A stretch of 64,000 nt of DNA. Origin: Alphaproteobacteria bacterium. GTDB taxonomy: Bacteria > Pseudomonadota > Alphaproteobacteria > UBA828. Positions within the stretch are counted from its first letter, which is position 1; the number at the start of each line of letters is the position of its first letter. The stretch lies in assembly GCA_965220745.1 (NCBI GenBank), contig CBDCQT010000012.1:832001-896000 (forward strand). The letters run 5' to 3'. Below are positions 32,905 through 43,085 of the stretch, piece after piece. A model generated the notes under the pieces. It made no database searches. It saw only the letters and a list, made by a program, of their open reading frames with translations, and had not been told where the DNA came from. The translations under genes and the position numbers were made by a program.

Positions 32905-34653
32905 CTATTCGGCTCCTGCTCCGCGAAGGGCGGCGGTGGCGGCTTTGTCGAGGGTGCCGTTTGTCGCAACGGCGACGGCGTAGTCCCGCCGGGCGGCTTC
33001 GGGCGAGACTAGGTCGTTCCGCACGTCCGCAGCCACGTCCTCGGCCGCACGGCCGCGTGGGTCGCCGTAGCCAGCTCCGCCGGGGAGCACCAGCTTGAGG
33101 CGCTTGCCGGGCGGGATCGTCTGCTGGCCCTTGCCGCGCAGCTTCGTGCCGTCGTCGAGCGCGATGGTGCCCGGCGCACCGTCGAGCCCGCCGCCCCGAC
33201 CGCGCGCGGGATTGTCGATGCGCTCGAACTGCGCGAGCACGCTGAAGGGCGCGCCGTCGGCGCCGCCGATCTCCATCACCTGGCCGACTCCTCCGCGCAG
33301 CAGGCCGGCGCCGCCGGTATCCTCCGCGAGCTCCTTTCGCCAGATGACGATGGGCGCCACCGTCTCGGTGGCCTCGGCCGGAATCGTGCGCACGCCGCTA
33401 GGGAAGGCGGTCGCGGAGAGCCCGTCCTTGGTCGGCCGCGCGCCGGCGCCGCCAGAGTTGAACAGCGCCACCTCGAACTCCGGCGGATCGAACGCCGCGT
33501 TGCGCCGGGCCTCGCTGTCGATCGCGGTCGCGCCGCCCCTGAGCTGCACGATCCAGAGCGAGGCCGCGCCTTCCGCCGGCACTCGCTCGGGAATCGCCTG
33601 ATGCAGGCAGCCGAACACCAGGTCCGGCAGCATGTGACCGATGACGTGGCGGGCGGCGACCGGCCAGGGTCTGGGCACGTTGAGGATCGAGCCCTCGGGT
33701 GCCGAGACCGTGAGCGGCGCGAGCGAGCCCGCGTTGTTGGGAATGTCCTTGGCCACGATGCACTTGAGGCCGAAGCTCGTGTATGCGGTGGTGTAGTTGA
33801 GCACGACGTTGATGCCGTGATTGCTGGCGGGCGAGGTGCCGGTGAAATCGACGTGGATGCCGTCGCCCGAGATGGTCATCGCGGCCGCCAGCGTGATCGG
33901 CTCGTCGTAGCCATCCATGGTGAGCGTGTTGCGGTAGGTGCCCTTGGGCAGCTCGGCGATAGCGTTGAGCGTCGCCGCACGCGAGCGCTCGATGATCTCC
34001 TCGCCCAACGCATCGAGGTCGGTCAGCCCGAACTCGTCCATCATGGCGAGCAGACGGTCTGCGCCCGCCCGGTTGCAGGCGATGAGCGAGTGGACATCGC
34101 CTTCGAGCTGGAGCGGCTCGCGCACGTTCCAGCGCACCATCTCAAGCAGATCCTCGTTGATGCGGCCCTCGCGCACGAGCGGCATGATCGGGATGTAGAG
34201 CCCTTCCTCGAACACCGAGCGCGCGTCCGGGCCAAAGCCGCGTCCGCCGATGTCGACCACGTGGGCGGTGCAGGCGAAGGAGCCGATGATCCGGCCCTCG
34301 CGGAACACCGGCGTGACGACCGTCAGGTCGTGCAGGTGGCCGCAGGTGAGCCACGGGTCGTTGGTGATGTAGACGTCGCCCTCGCGCATCACCTCGTTGG
34401 GGTAGCGGGCGAGGAAGTGCTGCACGGCGATGGCCATGGAGTTGACGTGGCCGGGCGTGCCGGTGACCGCCTGGGCCAGCATCCGGCCCTTGGTGTCGAA
34501 GACGCCGGCGGAGAGGTCGCCTGCCTCGCGCACGGTCGTGCTGAAGGCGGTGCGCAGCAGCGTCTGCGCCTGCTCCTCGACCACCGAGATCAGTCGGTTC
34601 CACATGATCTGGGTCTGGATTTGGGCAAGGCCGGATTGGGTGTTGCCGTTCAT
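32905..34653 (-). CDS. Hydantoinase B/oxoprolinase subunit
   Basis: RTAFSTTVREAGD, NDPWLTCGHLHD, AHVVDIGG, PGGAGYGDP. Confidence 0.92.
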   Translation of the reverse strand: MNGNTQSGLAQIQTQIMWNRLISVVEEQAQTLLRTAFSTTVREAGDLSAGVFDTKGRMLAQAVTGTPGHVNSMAIAVQHFLARYPNEVMREGDVYITNDPWLTCGHLHDLTVVTPVFREGRIIGSFACTAHVVDIGGRGFGPDARSVFEEGLYIPIMPLVREGRINEDLLEMVRWNVREPLQLEGDVHSLIACNRAGADRLLAMMDEFGLTDLDALGEEIIERSRAATLNAIAELPKGTYRNTLTMDGYDEPITLAAAMTISGDGIHVDFTGTSPASNHGINVVLNYTTAYTSFGLKCIVAKDIPNNAGSLAPLTVSAPEGSILNVPRPWPVAARHVIGHMLPDLVFGCLHQAIPERVPAEGAASLWIVQLRGGATAIDSEARRNAAFDPPEFEVALFNSGGAGARPTKDGLSATAFPSGVRTIPAEATETVAPIVIWRKELAEDTGGAGLLRGGVGQVMEIGGADGAPFSVLAQFERIDNPARGRGGGLDGAPGTIALDDGTKLRGKGQQTIPPGKRLKLVLPGGAGYGDPRGRAAEDVAADVRNDLVSPEAARRDYAVAVATNGTLDKAATAALRGAGAE

Positions 34654-36755
34654 GTGGCGTCCTCCCCTTGTGACTGCCGGCGTTCCAGCACGATCGCGCC
34701 CAAGGCATCGACCGAGGCGGTGAACGCCGCGCTCACCACCGCCGTGGTGTCAGTCTCGACGATCAGCGCGGGCCCGTCCACCCGCGCGCCGGGGGCAAAA
34801 TCCGCGCGCCGGTAGACCGCCGCCTCGACCACGTGTCCGCTCCCCGGGTCGAGCACGGGCCGCACGCCGCGCGCCGGCGGCGCCGCTGCTTCAGGGGAGG
34901 GTTCGATGGGGGCGACGGCTTCCGGCACCGCGCTCACGCCGACAGACCAGCTCACGATCTCGAGGTCGAGCTTGGGGATGATGCGCCCGTAGAGCGACTC
35001 GTAGGCGGTCTCGAAGGCCTCGCGGATGATGGCGGTGTCTTGCCGCTCCCAGGTGCGGTTGGGCAGCGGCACGACCACCTCGTGCCCCTGGCCGAGATAA
35101 CGCATGTAGGCAGAGCGGTGCTCCCGTGTCGGCGCACCCGGTGCACCCTGCGCGACGATGGAGGCGGCCTCGTCGCGCATCTCCTCCAGCACCCGATTGG
35201 TCAGCTCGGGGTTGAAGGCGCTCACCACCTGGTAGGCGCTGCGCACCACCTCGTAAGCGACCGGCGCACGGAGGAAGCCGACAGCAGAGCCCACCGCCGC
35301 AGCCGTCGGGATCAGGATGCGGTCCATGTCGAGTTTTTCTGCGAGTCGGGCGGCGTGCAGGGGGGCCGCGCCGCCAAAGGCGATCATCGTGCGCTCGCCG
35401 AGCGTGGCGCCGATCTCGATGGCGTGGACGCGCGCGGCACTCGCCATGTTCTCGCCCACCATCTCGCTGACCCCGAGGGCGGCCACCTGCGGCTCCAGAT
35501 CGAGCGGCGAGCCGATCGCAGACGCGAGAGAATCGACGGCCGCCTGTTCGTCGAGCGCGATGCGCCCGCCCGAGAACTCGGTCGGGTCGATGCGCCCCAT
35601 TACCAAGTCGGCGTCGGTCACCGTGGGCTCGGCGCCGCCCTGGCCGTAGCAGGCCGGGCCCGGCTGGGCGCCCGCGCTTTCCGGCCCCACCGCGATGCGG
35701 CTGAGGCGATCCACGACCGCGATGGAGCCACCGCCCGCGCCGATCTCCACCATCTCAATTACCGGGATGCGGAGCGGCAGGCCGCTGCCCTTGAGGAAGC
35801 GATGGGCGCGGGCGACCTCGAAGGCCCGCGTCGTCTGCGGCTGGGCGTCGTCGATCAGGCAAATCTTTGCGGTCGTGCCCCCCATGTCGAAGGAGAGAAC
35901 GCGATCGAGCCCGCATTGGCGGGCGACGTGGCTTGCAAAGACGGCGCCGCCCACCGGCCCGGATTCGACGAGGCGGATGGGGAAGCGGATCGCCGTTCCA
36001 ATGTCGGCGACACCGCCACCCGACAGCATGACGAACAGCGGGCAAGCGAAGCCGGCTTCGCGCAGGCCGTCCTCCAGATTGTGCAGGTAGCGCGCCATGA
36101 CCGGCTGAACGTAAGCGTTGGCGCAGGCGGTGGAGAAGCGCTCGTACTCGCGCATCTCCGGCGCGACCTCGGAGGAAAGCGTGATCGCGAGGTCCGGCAG
36201 CGCCTCGCTCAAGATGTCGCGCACGCGGCGCTCGTGCGCCGGGTTGACGTAGGAGTGCAGGAGGCCGATCGCCGCGCTCTCGATGCCTTCGGCGGCGAGT
36301 TTGGCGGCCGTGGCTTCGACCGCCGCTTCGTCGAGCGGCAGGATTGGATCGCCCGAGGCGTTGAGCCGTTCGGGAATGGGGAAGCGCCATCGCCGGGGCA
36401 CCAGCGGCACCGGCTTCTCCATATCGATGTCGTACTGCTCGAAGCGGCTCTCCGTCCCCATCTCGATGGAATCGCGGAAGCCCTCGGTGGTCACCAGCGC
36501 GGTGCGTGCGCCCTTGCGCTCGATCATCGCGTTGGTGGCGAGCGTGGTGCCGTGAATGACCAGCGCCACCTCGTGCGGGGCGACGCCGCATGATTCCATC
36601 GCCTGGGCGAGACCTTGGCGCACGCCCTCCTCGGGCGCGTCGGGCGTCGTCAGCACCTTCGCCGTGAACCGGTCAGGCCCGCGCTCCAGCACGATATCCG
36701 TGAAGGTGCCGCCGATATCGACGCCGATCCGAACCTCTGCGTTCGCTTCCGCCAT
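34650..36755 (-). CDS. Hydantoinase A/oxoprolinase subunit (ATP-binding)
   Basis: DIGGTFTD, HGTTLATN, ESGP, DMGGTTAK, GAGGGS; 4-bp overlap with the B gene. Confidence 0.93.
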   Translation of the reverse strand: MAEANAEVRIGVDIGGTFTDIVLERGPDRFTAKVLTTPDAPEEGVRQGLAQAMESCGVAPHEVALVIHGTTLATNAMIERKGARTALVTTEGFRDSIEMGTESRFEQYDIDMEKPVPLVPRRWRFPIPERLNASGDPILPLDEAAVEATAAKLAAEGIESAAIGLLHSYVNPAHERRVRDILSEALPDLAITLSSEVAPEMREYERFSTACANAYVQPVMARYLHNLEDGLREAGFACPLFVMLSGGGVADIGTAIRFPIRLVESGPVGGAVFASHVARQCGLDRVLSFDMGGTTAKICLIDDAQPQTTRAFEVARAHRFLKGSGLPLRIPVIEMVEIGAGGGSIAVVDRLSRIAVGPESAGAQPGPACYGQGGAEPTVTDADLVMGRIDPTEFSGGRIALDEQAAVDSLASAIGSPLDLEPQVAALGVSEMVGENMASAARVHAIEIGATLGERTMIAFGGAAPLHAARLAEKLDMDRILIPTAAAVGSAVGFLRAPVAYEVVRSAYQVVSAFNPELTNRVLEEMRDEAASIVAQGAPGAPTREHRSAYMRYLGQGHEVVVPLPNRTWERQDTAIIREAFETAYESLYGRIIPKLDLEIVSWSVGVSAVPEAVAPIEPSPEAAAPPARGVRPVLDPGSGHVVEAAVYRRADFAPGARVDGPALIVETDTTAVVSAAFTASVDALGAIVLERRQSQGEDAT

Positions 36756-36819
36756 TACTTGCCTGCGTTCAAAGTGTTGGATTACACGATTTGAGAGGAT
36801 TGATTCCCGCGACCCGGCG

Positions 36820-39585
36820 TCAGTGGGCGTCGGCCCAGCTTGTGCCGGTGCCGATGTCGACGGTGAGCGGCACGTCGAGATGGGCGGCGCTCTCCATCAC
36901 CTGGGTGACGACGGCGCCGGTCTCCTCGACCTCCGCCTCCGGCACCTCGAAGACCAGCTCGTCATGCACTTGCAGCAGCATCCGCGCGCCCAGGCCCTCG
37001 GCCTTCAGCGCGCCCTGTATGGGGATCATCGCGCGCTTGATGACGTCGGCGGCGGCTCCCTGTATCGGCGCGTTGATCGCCGCGCGCTCCGAGAAGGCCC
37101 GGCGCGCCGGGTTGCGGTCGTTGATCCCCGGCAGCCGGCACTTGCGCCCGAAAAGCGTGGTCACGAAGCCTTCCGCATGGGCCACCTTCTTGGTGCGTTC
37201 CATGTAGTCCTTGATGCCGGGATACTGCGTGAAATAGGCCTCGATAAGCCGCTTCGCCTCGGCTTGGGGGACGCCGATCTGGCGCGCCAGTCCGAAGGCG
37301 CTGATGCCGTAGATGATCCCGAAGTTGATCGCCTTGGCCGAGCGACGAACCATCGGGTCCATGCCCTCCAGCGGCAGGTCGAACACCTGGCTCGCGGTCA
37401 GCGCGTGGATGTCGGTCCCATCGCGAAACGCATCCTTGAGCGCCTCGACGCCGGCGACGTGGGCGAGGATGCGAAGCTCGATCTGCGAATAGTCGGCGGA
37501 GAGCAGAACATGGCCTGGCGCCGCCACGAAGGCGCGGCGGATGCGCCGGCCTTCCTCGGTGCGGATCGGGATGTTCTGCAGGTTGGGATCGTTGGAGGAG
37601 AGCCGCCCCGTGTTGGCGGCGGTCATCGTGTAGGTGGTGTGGACGCGCCGGGTTCGGGGATCGATGTGCTCGACCAGCGCATCCGTGTAGGTGCTCTTGA
37701 GCTTGGTGAGCTGGCGCCAGTCCAGCACCCGCGCCGGCAGGTCGTGGCCCTGGGCCGCCAGCTCTTCGAGGATGTCGGCGCCGGTGCTGTAGGCGCCTGA
37801 CTTACCCTTGCGTCCGCCCTGGAGCCCCATCTCCTCGAACAGCACCTCGCCTAGCTGCTTGGGCGAGCCGATGGTGAAGGGATGGCCGGCGAGCGCATGA
37901 ATCTCGCTCTCCAGCGTCTCGATCCGGCCGGCGAAATCCTCGGACAGCGCGACGAGCTCGCCCTGGTCGACCAGGATGCCCGCTGATTCCATCTGCGCGA
38001 GCACCGCGATCAGCGGGCGCTCGATCCGCTCGAAGACCGTCGTGAGACGGTCGGCGACGAGGCGCGGCCGCAGCACCCTGTGCAGGCGCAACGCGAGGTC
38101 GGCGTGCGCCGCCGCGGTGTCCCGCAGCGCCTCGGGCGGAACCGCGTCGACGGAGACCTTGTTGCGCCCGCTGCCGAGCACGTCGGCCAGCGCTGGCGCC
38201 GGGCGGTCGAGGTGGATGCGCGTGAGATCATCGAGCGCGTGGTTGTGCAGGCTGCCGTCGAGCACCCAGGACGCGAGCATCGGGTCGTCGATCGGGCCGA
38301 CTGCGCCGTTTTTCCGTGTCAGCAGACGCAGGGTGCGCTTTATGTCGAGGCCTACCTTGAGGACGCCCGGATCGGCCAGCACGGGTGCGAGGATGGCGCG
38401 TGCCTCGTCAGGACTCAGTTGCGGGACCGCCTGCTCGGCCCCGATCAGATCCGGGCCCGCGTGACCCAAGGGCACGTAGCACGCCTCGCCGGGTGTGGTG
38501 CCAAGCGCGAGACCGACGAGGCCGGCACCCTCCGCCGATCCGTCCGCCACGAACGGCTCCAGCGCCAGCACGCCACTCGCGCGGGCCTTATCCGCCCAAC
38601 CAGCGAGCGTGTCGGAATCGGTCACCAGCGGGTAGGAAGCGGGAAGGGGAGCCGTCTCCTCCGGTTCGGCCTCCTCCTCGGCCAACGTCGACTCTCCGTC
38701 ATCGGGGTCGAGCCGGGCTGCGATCGATCGGAATCCGTTCTCCTGGAAGAAGGCGCGTAGCGCGCCTGGCTCGGGTTGCCGACGTGCGAGCGCCTCCAGC
38801 GGCATCGGCAGAGGCGCATCCCGACGCAACGTCACGAGATCGCGCGAGATGCGTGCCATCTCGGCGTGCTCGATCAGGTTCTGGCGCCGCTTGGGCTGCT
38901 TGATCTCTTCTGCGCGCTCCAACAGTTGGTCGAGGTCGCCGTAATCGTTGATGAGCTGCGCTGCCGTCTTGACCCCGATGCCGGGGACGCCCGGCACGTT
39001 GTCGGTGCTGTCGCCGGCAAGCGCCTGCACGTCAATCACACGTTCAGGTCCGACGCCGAAGCGTTCGTGCACCTGCTCGGGGCCGATCTCGCGATTCTTG
39101 AAGTAGTCGTACATGACCACGGAGTCGCCCTCGACGAGCTGCATCAGGTCCTTGTCGGCGGAGACGATGGTGACCCGAGCGCCCTCTGCCCGCGCGGCGT
39201 CGGCATAGGCCGCAATCAGGTCGTCCGCCTCGAAACCCTCGAGCTCGATCGACGCCAGGTTGAAGGCGGCGGCGGCCTCGCGCACGAGCGGGAACTGCGG
39301 AATCAGCTCTTCCGGTGTCTCGCCCCGGTTCGCCTTGTAGGGCTCATAGATTTCGTTGCGGAAGGTGAGCCGCGCGGTGTCGAAGATCACCGCAGCGTGG
39401 TCCGCATCGGTCTCGCGCAGAATCTTCCAGAGCATGTTGGAGAAGCCGAGCACCGCATTCACCGGCGTGCCGTCGGAGCGGGTCAGCGGCGGCAACGCGT
39501 GGAACGCGCGAAAGATGAAGCCCGAGCCGTCGATCAGGTAAAGGTGGCGAAGTTCGTTAGCCTCGGCGGGGGCGACATCGTTCAC
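36820..39585 (-). CDS. polA: DNA polymerase I
   Basis: 5' nuclease motifs (LIDGSG, YKANR, EADD, GDSTDN) and polymerase motifs A DYSQIELR, B RSAKAINFGIIYG, C QVHDEL. 3'-5' exonuclease motifs are degenerate. Confidence 0.97.
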   Translation of the reverse strand: MNDVAPAEANELRHLYLIDGSGFIFRAFHALPPLTRSDGTPVNAVLGFSNMLWKILRETDADHAAVIFDTARLTFRNEIYEPYKANRGETPEELIPQFPLVREAAAAFNLASIELEGFEADDLIAAYADAARAEGARVTIVSADKDLMQLVEGDSVVMYDYFKNREIGPEQVHERFGVGPERVIDVQALAGDSTDNVPGVPGIGVKTAAQLINDYGDLDQLLERAEEIKQPKRRQNLIEHAEMARISRDLVTLRRDAPLPMPLEALARRQPEPGALRAFFQENGFRSIAARLDPDDGESTLAEEEAEPEETAPLPASYPLVTDSDTLAGWADKARASGVLALEPFVADGSAEGAGLVGLALGTTPGEACYVPLGHAGPDLIGAEQAVPQLSPDEARAILAPVLADPGVLKVGLDIKRTLRLLTRKNGAVGPIDDPMLASWVLDGSLHNHALDDLTRIHLDRPAPALADVLGSGRNKVSVDAVPPEALRDTAAAHADLALRLHRVLRPRLVADRLTTVFERIERPLIAVLAQMESAGILVDQGELVALSEDFAGRIETLESEIHALAGHPFTIGSPKQLGEVLFEEMGLQGGRKGKSGAYSTGADILEELAAQGHDLPARVLDWRQLTKLKSTYTDALVEHIDPRTRRVHTTYTMTAANTGRLSSNDPNLQNIPIRTEEGRRIRRAFVAAPGHVLLSADYSQIELRILAHVAGVEALKDAFRDGTDIHALTASQVFDLPLEGMDPMVRRSAKAINFGIIYGISAFGLARQIGVPQAEAKRLIEAYFTQYPGIKDYMERTKKVAHAEGFVTTLFGRKCRLPGINDRNPARRAFSERAAINAPIQGAAADVIKRAMIPIQGALKAEGLGARMLLQVHDELVFEVPEAEVEETGAVVTQVMESAAHLDVPLTVDIGTGTSWADAH

Positions 39586-39722
39586 GGTCGGTGCTCCGTC
39601 TCCTGGATGGTCGCGGGGTGCTCTTGCGGTGGGCGGTGCGCGCCACTATGCCACGCGGGCCGGCCCCCGCACAGCAAGCCGGCGGCCTCCCGTCACCAAC
39701 CGCTGGCAATCGAGCCCCGCCC

Positions 39723-40892
39723 GTGACCGCCCCGAGTAACCCCGTCCCTTACGCGGCTCCGCGCATCTCCGCCTTCTACGCGGCCTATTTCCTGGTGGCC
39801 GGCGTGGCGCTGCCGTTCTGGCCGCTCTTCCTGCAGGCGCGTGGGCTTTCGGTGACCGAGATCGGGCTGATGCTGGGGCTCACGCTGATGCTGCGTGCCG
39901 CCGCCGGCCCCTTTATCGGCCGATTTGCCGACCGCCGCGACAGCACGCGTGGGCCGCTCGTCGCCTGCGCGCTGACAGTGTTGCTCGTCGCCGTCGCCTT
40001 CTACTGGACCTGGGGCTTCTGGCCGATCTTCATCGTCAGCACCGTCTTTACCCTGGTCTATGCCGGCGTGCTGCCGTTGGGGGAGACCATCGCGCTCCGC
40101 ACCGTCTCCGCCGAGTCGGGCTACGGGCGCGTGCGGCTCTGGGGTTCGGTCTCTTACCTTGTTGCGGCTGCCGTAGGCGGCGCGGTGCTGGAGGTCGCGG
40201 AGGTGCCGTCCGCCGAGATCATCCTCTCCATGATCCTCGCGACCATCGTGGTGATGATTGCCGGCTCGCTTGCGATGCCCGACCGTCGGGGCGGCAGCGC
40301 GCCGCCAGCGGCGCCGATCCTGAGTGTGCTGAGGGAGCGGCGTTTCCGCCTGATGGTGTACGCCACCACCGCGATCCACGGCGCGCACGCGGTGTTCTAC
40401 GGCTTCTCGACCCTCCACTGGCTCGCGTCCGGGATCTCGGAGTGGGTGATCGGACTCTTGTGGGCGGGTGGGGTCGTCGCCGAGGTCATCCTCTTCGCAT
40501 GGAACGCGCCGCTCGTCCGCCGCATCGGGCCAGTCGGGCTCCTGGGCGCGGGCGCGGTGGCCGGAGTCGTGCGCTGGGCCGTACTGGCGTTGACGACGGA
40601 GGTCTGGGCGCTGGCGCTTGCCCAGTGCCTGCACGCGTTCACCTTCGGCGCGATGCACCTGGGCGCGATGGTCTTCATCGCTCGCACCGTGCCCGCCGGC
40701 TCGGCAAATACGGCGCAGGCGCTCTTTGCCGCGACGACCAACGGACTGGGCTTGGGCGCTGGGCTCCTGCTCGCAGGCCTGCTCTACGCCGCCTGGGGCG
40801 CCAATGCTTACTGGGTGTGCGCCGCGGTCTCCGGCCTGGGCTTCATCGCGGTACTGGCGATGCGCCGCCCCGCTCGGGAGTCGGCAGCCTAG
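39723..40892 (+). CDS. MFS transporter (HcaT/MFS_1_like)
   Basis: About 12 hydrophobic segments, YGRVRLWGS, HAVFYGFSTLHW, QCLHAFTFG. Start approximate (GTG at 39723). Confidence 0.85.
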   Translation: MTAPSNPVPYAAPRISAFYAAYFLVAGVALPFWPLFLQARGLSVTEIGLMLGLTLMLRAAAGPFIGRFADRRDSTRGPLVACALTVLLVAVAFYWTWGFWPIFIVSTVFTLVYAGVLPLGETIALRTVSAESGYGRVRLWGSVSYLVAAAVGGAVLEVAEVPSAEIILSMILATIVVMIAGSLAMPDRRGGSAPPAAPILSVLRERRFRLMVYATTAIHGAHAVFYGFSTLHWLASGISEWVIGLLWAGGVVAEVILFAWNAPLVRRIGPVGLLGAGAVAGVVRWAVLALTTEVWALALAQCLHAFTFGAMHLGAMVFIARTVPAGSANTAQALFAATTNGLGLGAGLLLAGLLYAAWGANAYWVCAAVSGLGFIAVLAMRRPARESAA

Positions 40893-41074
40893 TGGCCGCC
40901 GCTGCCGACTGCGCTCTCTTTCAAGACAAAGCGGCGATCGCAGTAGGGGCAGTCGATGGCCCCGTTGGATTCGAGATTGAGGAACACGCGCGGATGGCCG
41001 AGCGCGCCGCCGCCGCCATTGCATGAGACGACCGTGTCTTCGACCTCGATGATCTCGGGCGGATCGATGGTCAC
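40889..41074 (-). CDS. zf-CHCC zinc-finger protein
   Basis: VSCNGGGGALGHPRVFL...CPYCDRRF. Confidence 0.88.
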   Translation of the reverse strand: MTIDPPEIIEVEDTVVSCNGGGGALGHPRVFLNLESNGAIDCPYCDRRFVLKESAVGSGGH

Positions 41075-41262
41075 GGGCTATCCCTCGTCAATTCCTGCTG
41101 CTCCTGGCCGCCATTTGACCGAAGCGGCGGGGCGATGATACCCATTGCCCGCCGCCATTCAACCGGGCGCCGCCGCCCAACCCGGCGCCATCCAAGCCAC
41201 CACGAGCCGAGCCCGGAGGACACCGTCCTGCATCCGACACACGCCCACGACGAGTCCGCGCC

Positions 41263-42159
41263 ATGAGTGAGGCGATCCCCTACGTCCGGGATCTCGACTT
41301 CGCCTACGGCAAGGTGGCGCAGGTCTCGCCGCTGATCCGCCGGGTCATCGCGCACAACCCGAGCGTCTTCACCTTCCACGGCACCGGCACCTACATCGTG
41401 GGGCGCGGCAACGTGGCGATCATCGATGCCGGCCCTGACCTCGCCGACCATGTCGATGCCGTGCTCGCCGCCGTGCGCGGCGAGACCGTGACGCATCTCG
41501 TCGTGACTCACACCCACATCGATCATTCGCCGGCGACACGCCACATCAAGGCCGCGACCGGGGCGCCGAGCTACGGCTTTGGCCCGCACGGGGGCGGGGA
41601 GGGGCCAGCGGTCGAAGAGGGTGCGGACCGTGACTTCGTGCCGGATCACCGGGTCGAGGACGGTGTGTCGATCGAAGGCGATGGCTGGACCTTGGAGGCC
41701 GTTCACACGCCGGGCCACACATCGAACCATTTGTGCTTCACGTTGGCTGAGGAGCAGGCGCTCTTCTCGGGCGATCACGTGATGGGGTGGTCGACCACGG
41801 TGGTCTCGCCGCCGGATGGCGACATGGGCGCCTACATGGCCTCGCTGGAGAAGCTCAAGGCGCGTGACGAGGCGACCTACTGGCCCACGCACGGGCCGCC
41901 AATCCCGAAGCCGCAGCGTTTCGTCGGCAAGCTGCTCGCCCACCGGCGCCAGCGGGAGGCGGAGATTCTGTCCGCTGTCGCGGACGGCGCGGCGACCATT
42001 CCAGAGATTGTGGCCCTGCGCTACCGGGGGCTCGACCCGCGCCTGCGTCCCGCTGCTGCCCGTACCGTGCTCGCCCATTTGATCCATCTGGTCGAGAGCG
42101 GGCGCGTCGCTTGCCCTGGCGAGCCGGATGAGGACGCGCGCTACCGTGCAGTCGTTTAG
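41263..42159 (+). CDS. MBL-fold metallo-hydrolase (LACTB2-like)
   Basis: THTHIDH, HTPGH, SGDH, PTHG. Confidence 0.92.
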   Translation: MSEAIPYVRDLDFAYGKVAQVSPLIRRVIAHNPSVFTFHGTGTYIVGRGNVAIIDAGPDLADHVDAVLAAVRGETVTHLVVTHTHIDHSPATRHIKAATGAPSYGFGPHGGGEGPAVEEGADRDFVPDHRVEDGVSIEGDGWTLEAVHTPGHTSNHLCFTLAEEQALFSGDHVMGWSTTVVSPPDGDMGAYMASLEKLKARDEATYWPTHGPPIPKPQRFVGKLLAHRRQREAEILSAVADGAATIPEIVALRYRGLDPRLRPAAARTVLAHLIHLVESGRVACPGEPDEDARYRAVV

Positions 42160-42174
42160 CGGAAAGACTGTTCT

Positions 42175-42966
42175 CTAGCGGGCACGCTTCTTAGGCGGCG
42201 AATCGCGGAACTCCTTGACCTGGGCGAGGGCGGCGCCCTGAAGCAGCTTCACATCCTGGCCACAGACGACCAGGTCGTAGCCCCGCTCGAAGGTCCACTT
42301 GACTGACTTGCCGGGGCGCGTGACCGTTGCGAGCAGTTTGCCCGTCGCCCGCATCTTGCGCTCGGCCTTCTGGATCAGCTGGATCACTTTCGGCTCCTTC
42401 ATGTCCAGCATGTGGCCGATGCTCGCCGAGATGTCGCTCGGCCCCAGGAACAGCATGTCGACGCCATCGACGGCCGCGATTTCCTCGATGTTGTCGATCG
42501 CCTCCTCGGTCTCGATCTGGCAGGCGACCAGCAGCTCCTGCGGCATTGCCGCGCGATAATCCGCGATCCGCGAGCCCCAGCCGGAGCAGCGCGCGGCGTG
42601 CGGTGCCACCCCGCGCACACCTTCCGTCGGAAAGCGGCAAGCGGCGACCGCCGCCTCGGCCTCAGCGGCGTTCTGCACGTATGGCACTACGACGCCCATC
42701 ACGCCGATGTCGAGGGCACGCTTGATGTAAACCATGTCGTTCCACGGCACGCGCATCATCGGGGTCGCGCCGGATGCGGCCGCCGCCTGCATCAGGCTGA
42801 TGGCGTTGAGGAGGTCGCCCGGCCCGTGCTCGTGATCCATGATGACCGTGTCGTAGCCGGCGTTGGCGACGACTTCGGCGGCAATGGGGCTGCCCATCGC
42901 GAGCCAGGCGCCCAATGCGGGCTCGCCCGCGAGCATCTTTCTCTTACAGCGGTTCTCGACGGTCAT
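42175..42966 (-). CDS. HpcH/HpaI-family class II aldolase
   Basis: DHEHG, MRVPWND, KRALDIG, QIET, GPSD. Confidence 0.9.
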   Translation of the reverse strand: MTVENRCKRKMLAGEPALGAWLAMGSPIAAEVVANAGYDTVIMDHEHGPGDLLNAISLMQAAAASGATPMMRVPWNDMVYIKRALDIGVMGVVVPYVQNAAEAEAAVAACRFPTEGVRGVAPHAARCSGWGSRIADYRAAMPQELLVACQIETEEAIDNIEEIAAVDGVDMLFLGPSDISASIGHMLDMKEPKVIQLIQKAERKMRATGKLLATVTRPGKSVKWTFERGYDLVVCGQDVKLLQGAALAQVKEFRDSPPKKRAR

Positions 42967-43085
42967 GCGCGGCGCCTCCCAGTGGAGTATTGGGGATCAG
43001 GAGAAACCCATCGGCCCAGGGCGTGTGGGCAATGGGCGCGGCCGGTTCTACCACGGCCGGCGCGAGCGGGACAGGCGGCGCAGGA

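Noticed and set aside
42967-43085. Absence of hupB after lon
   Set aside because: Lon-HU linkage is variable, so this is uninformative without the whole genome.
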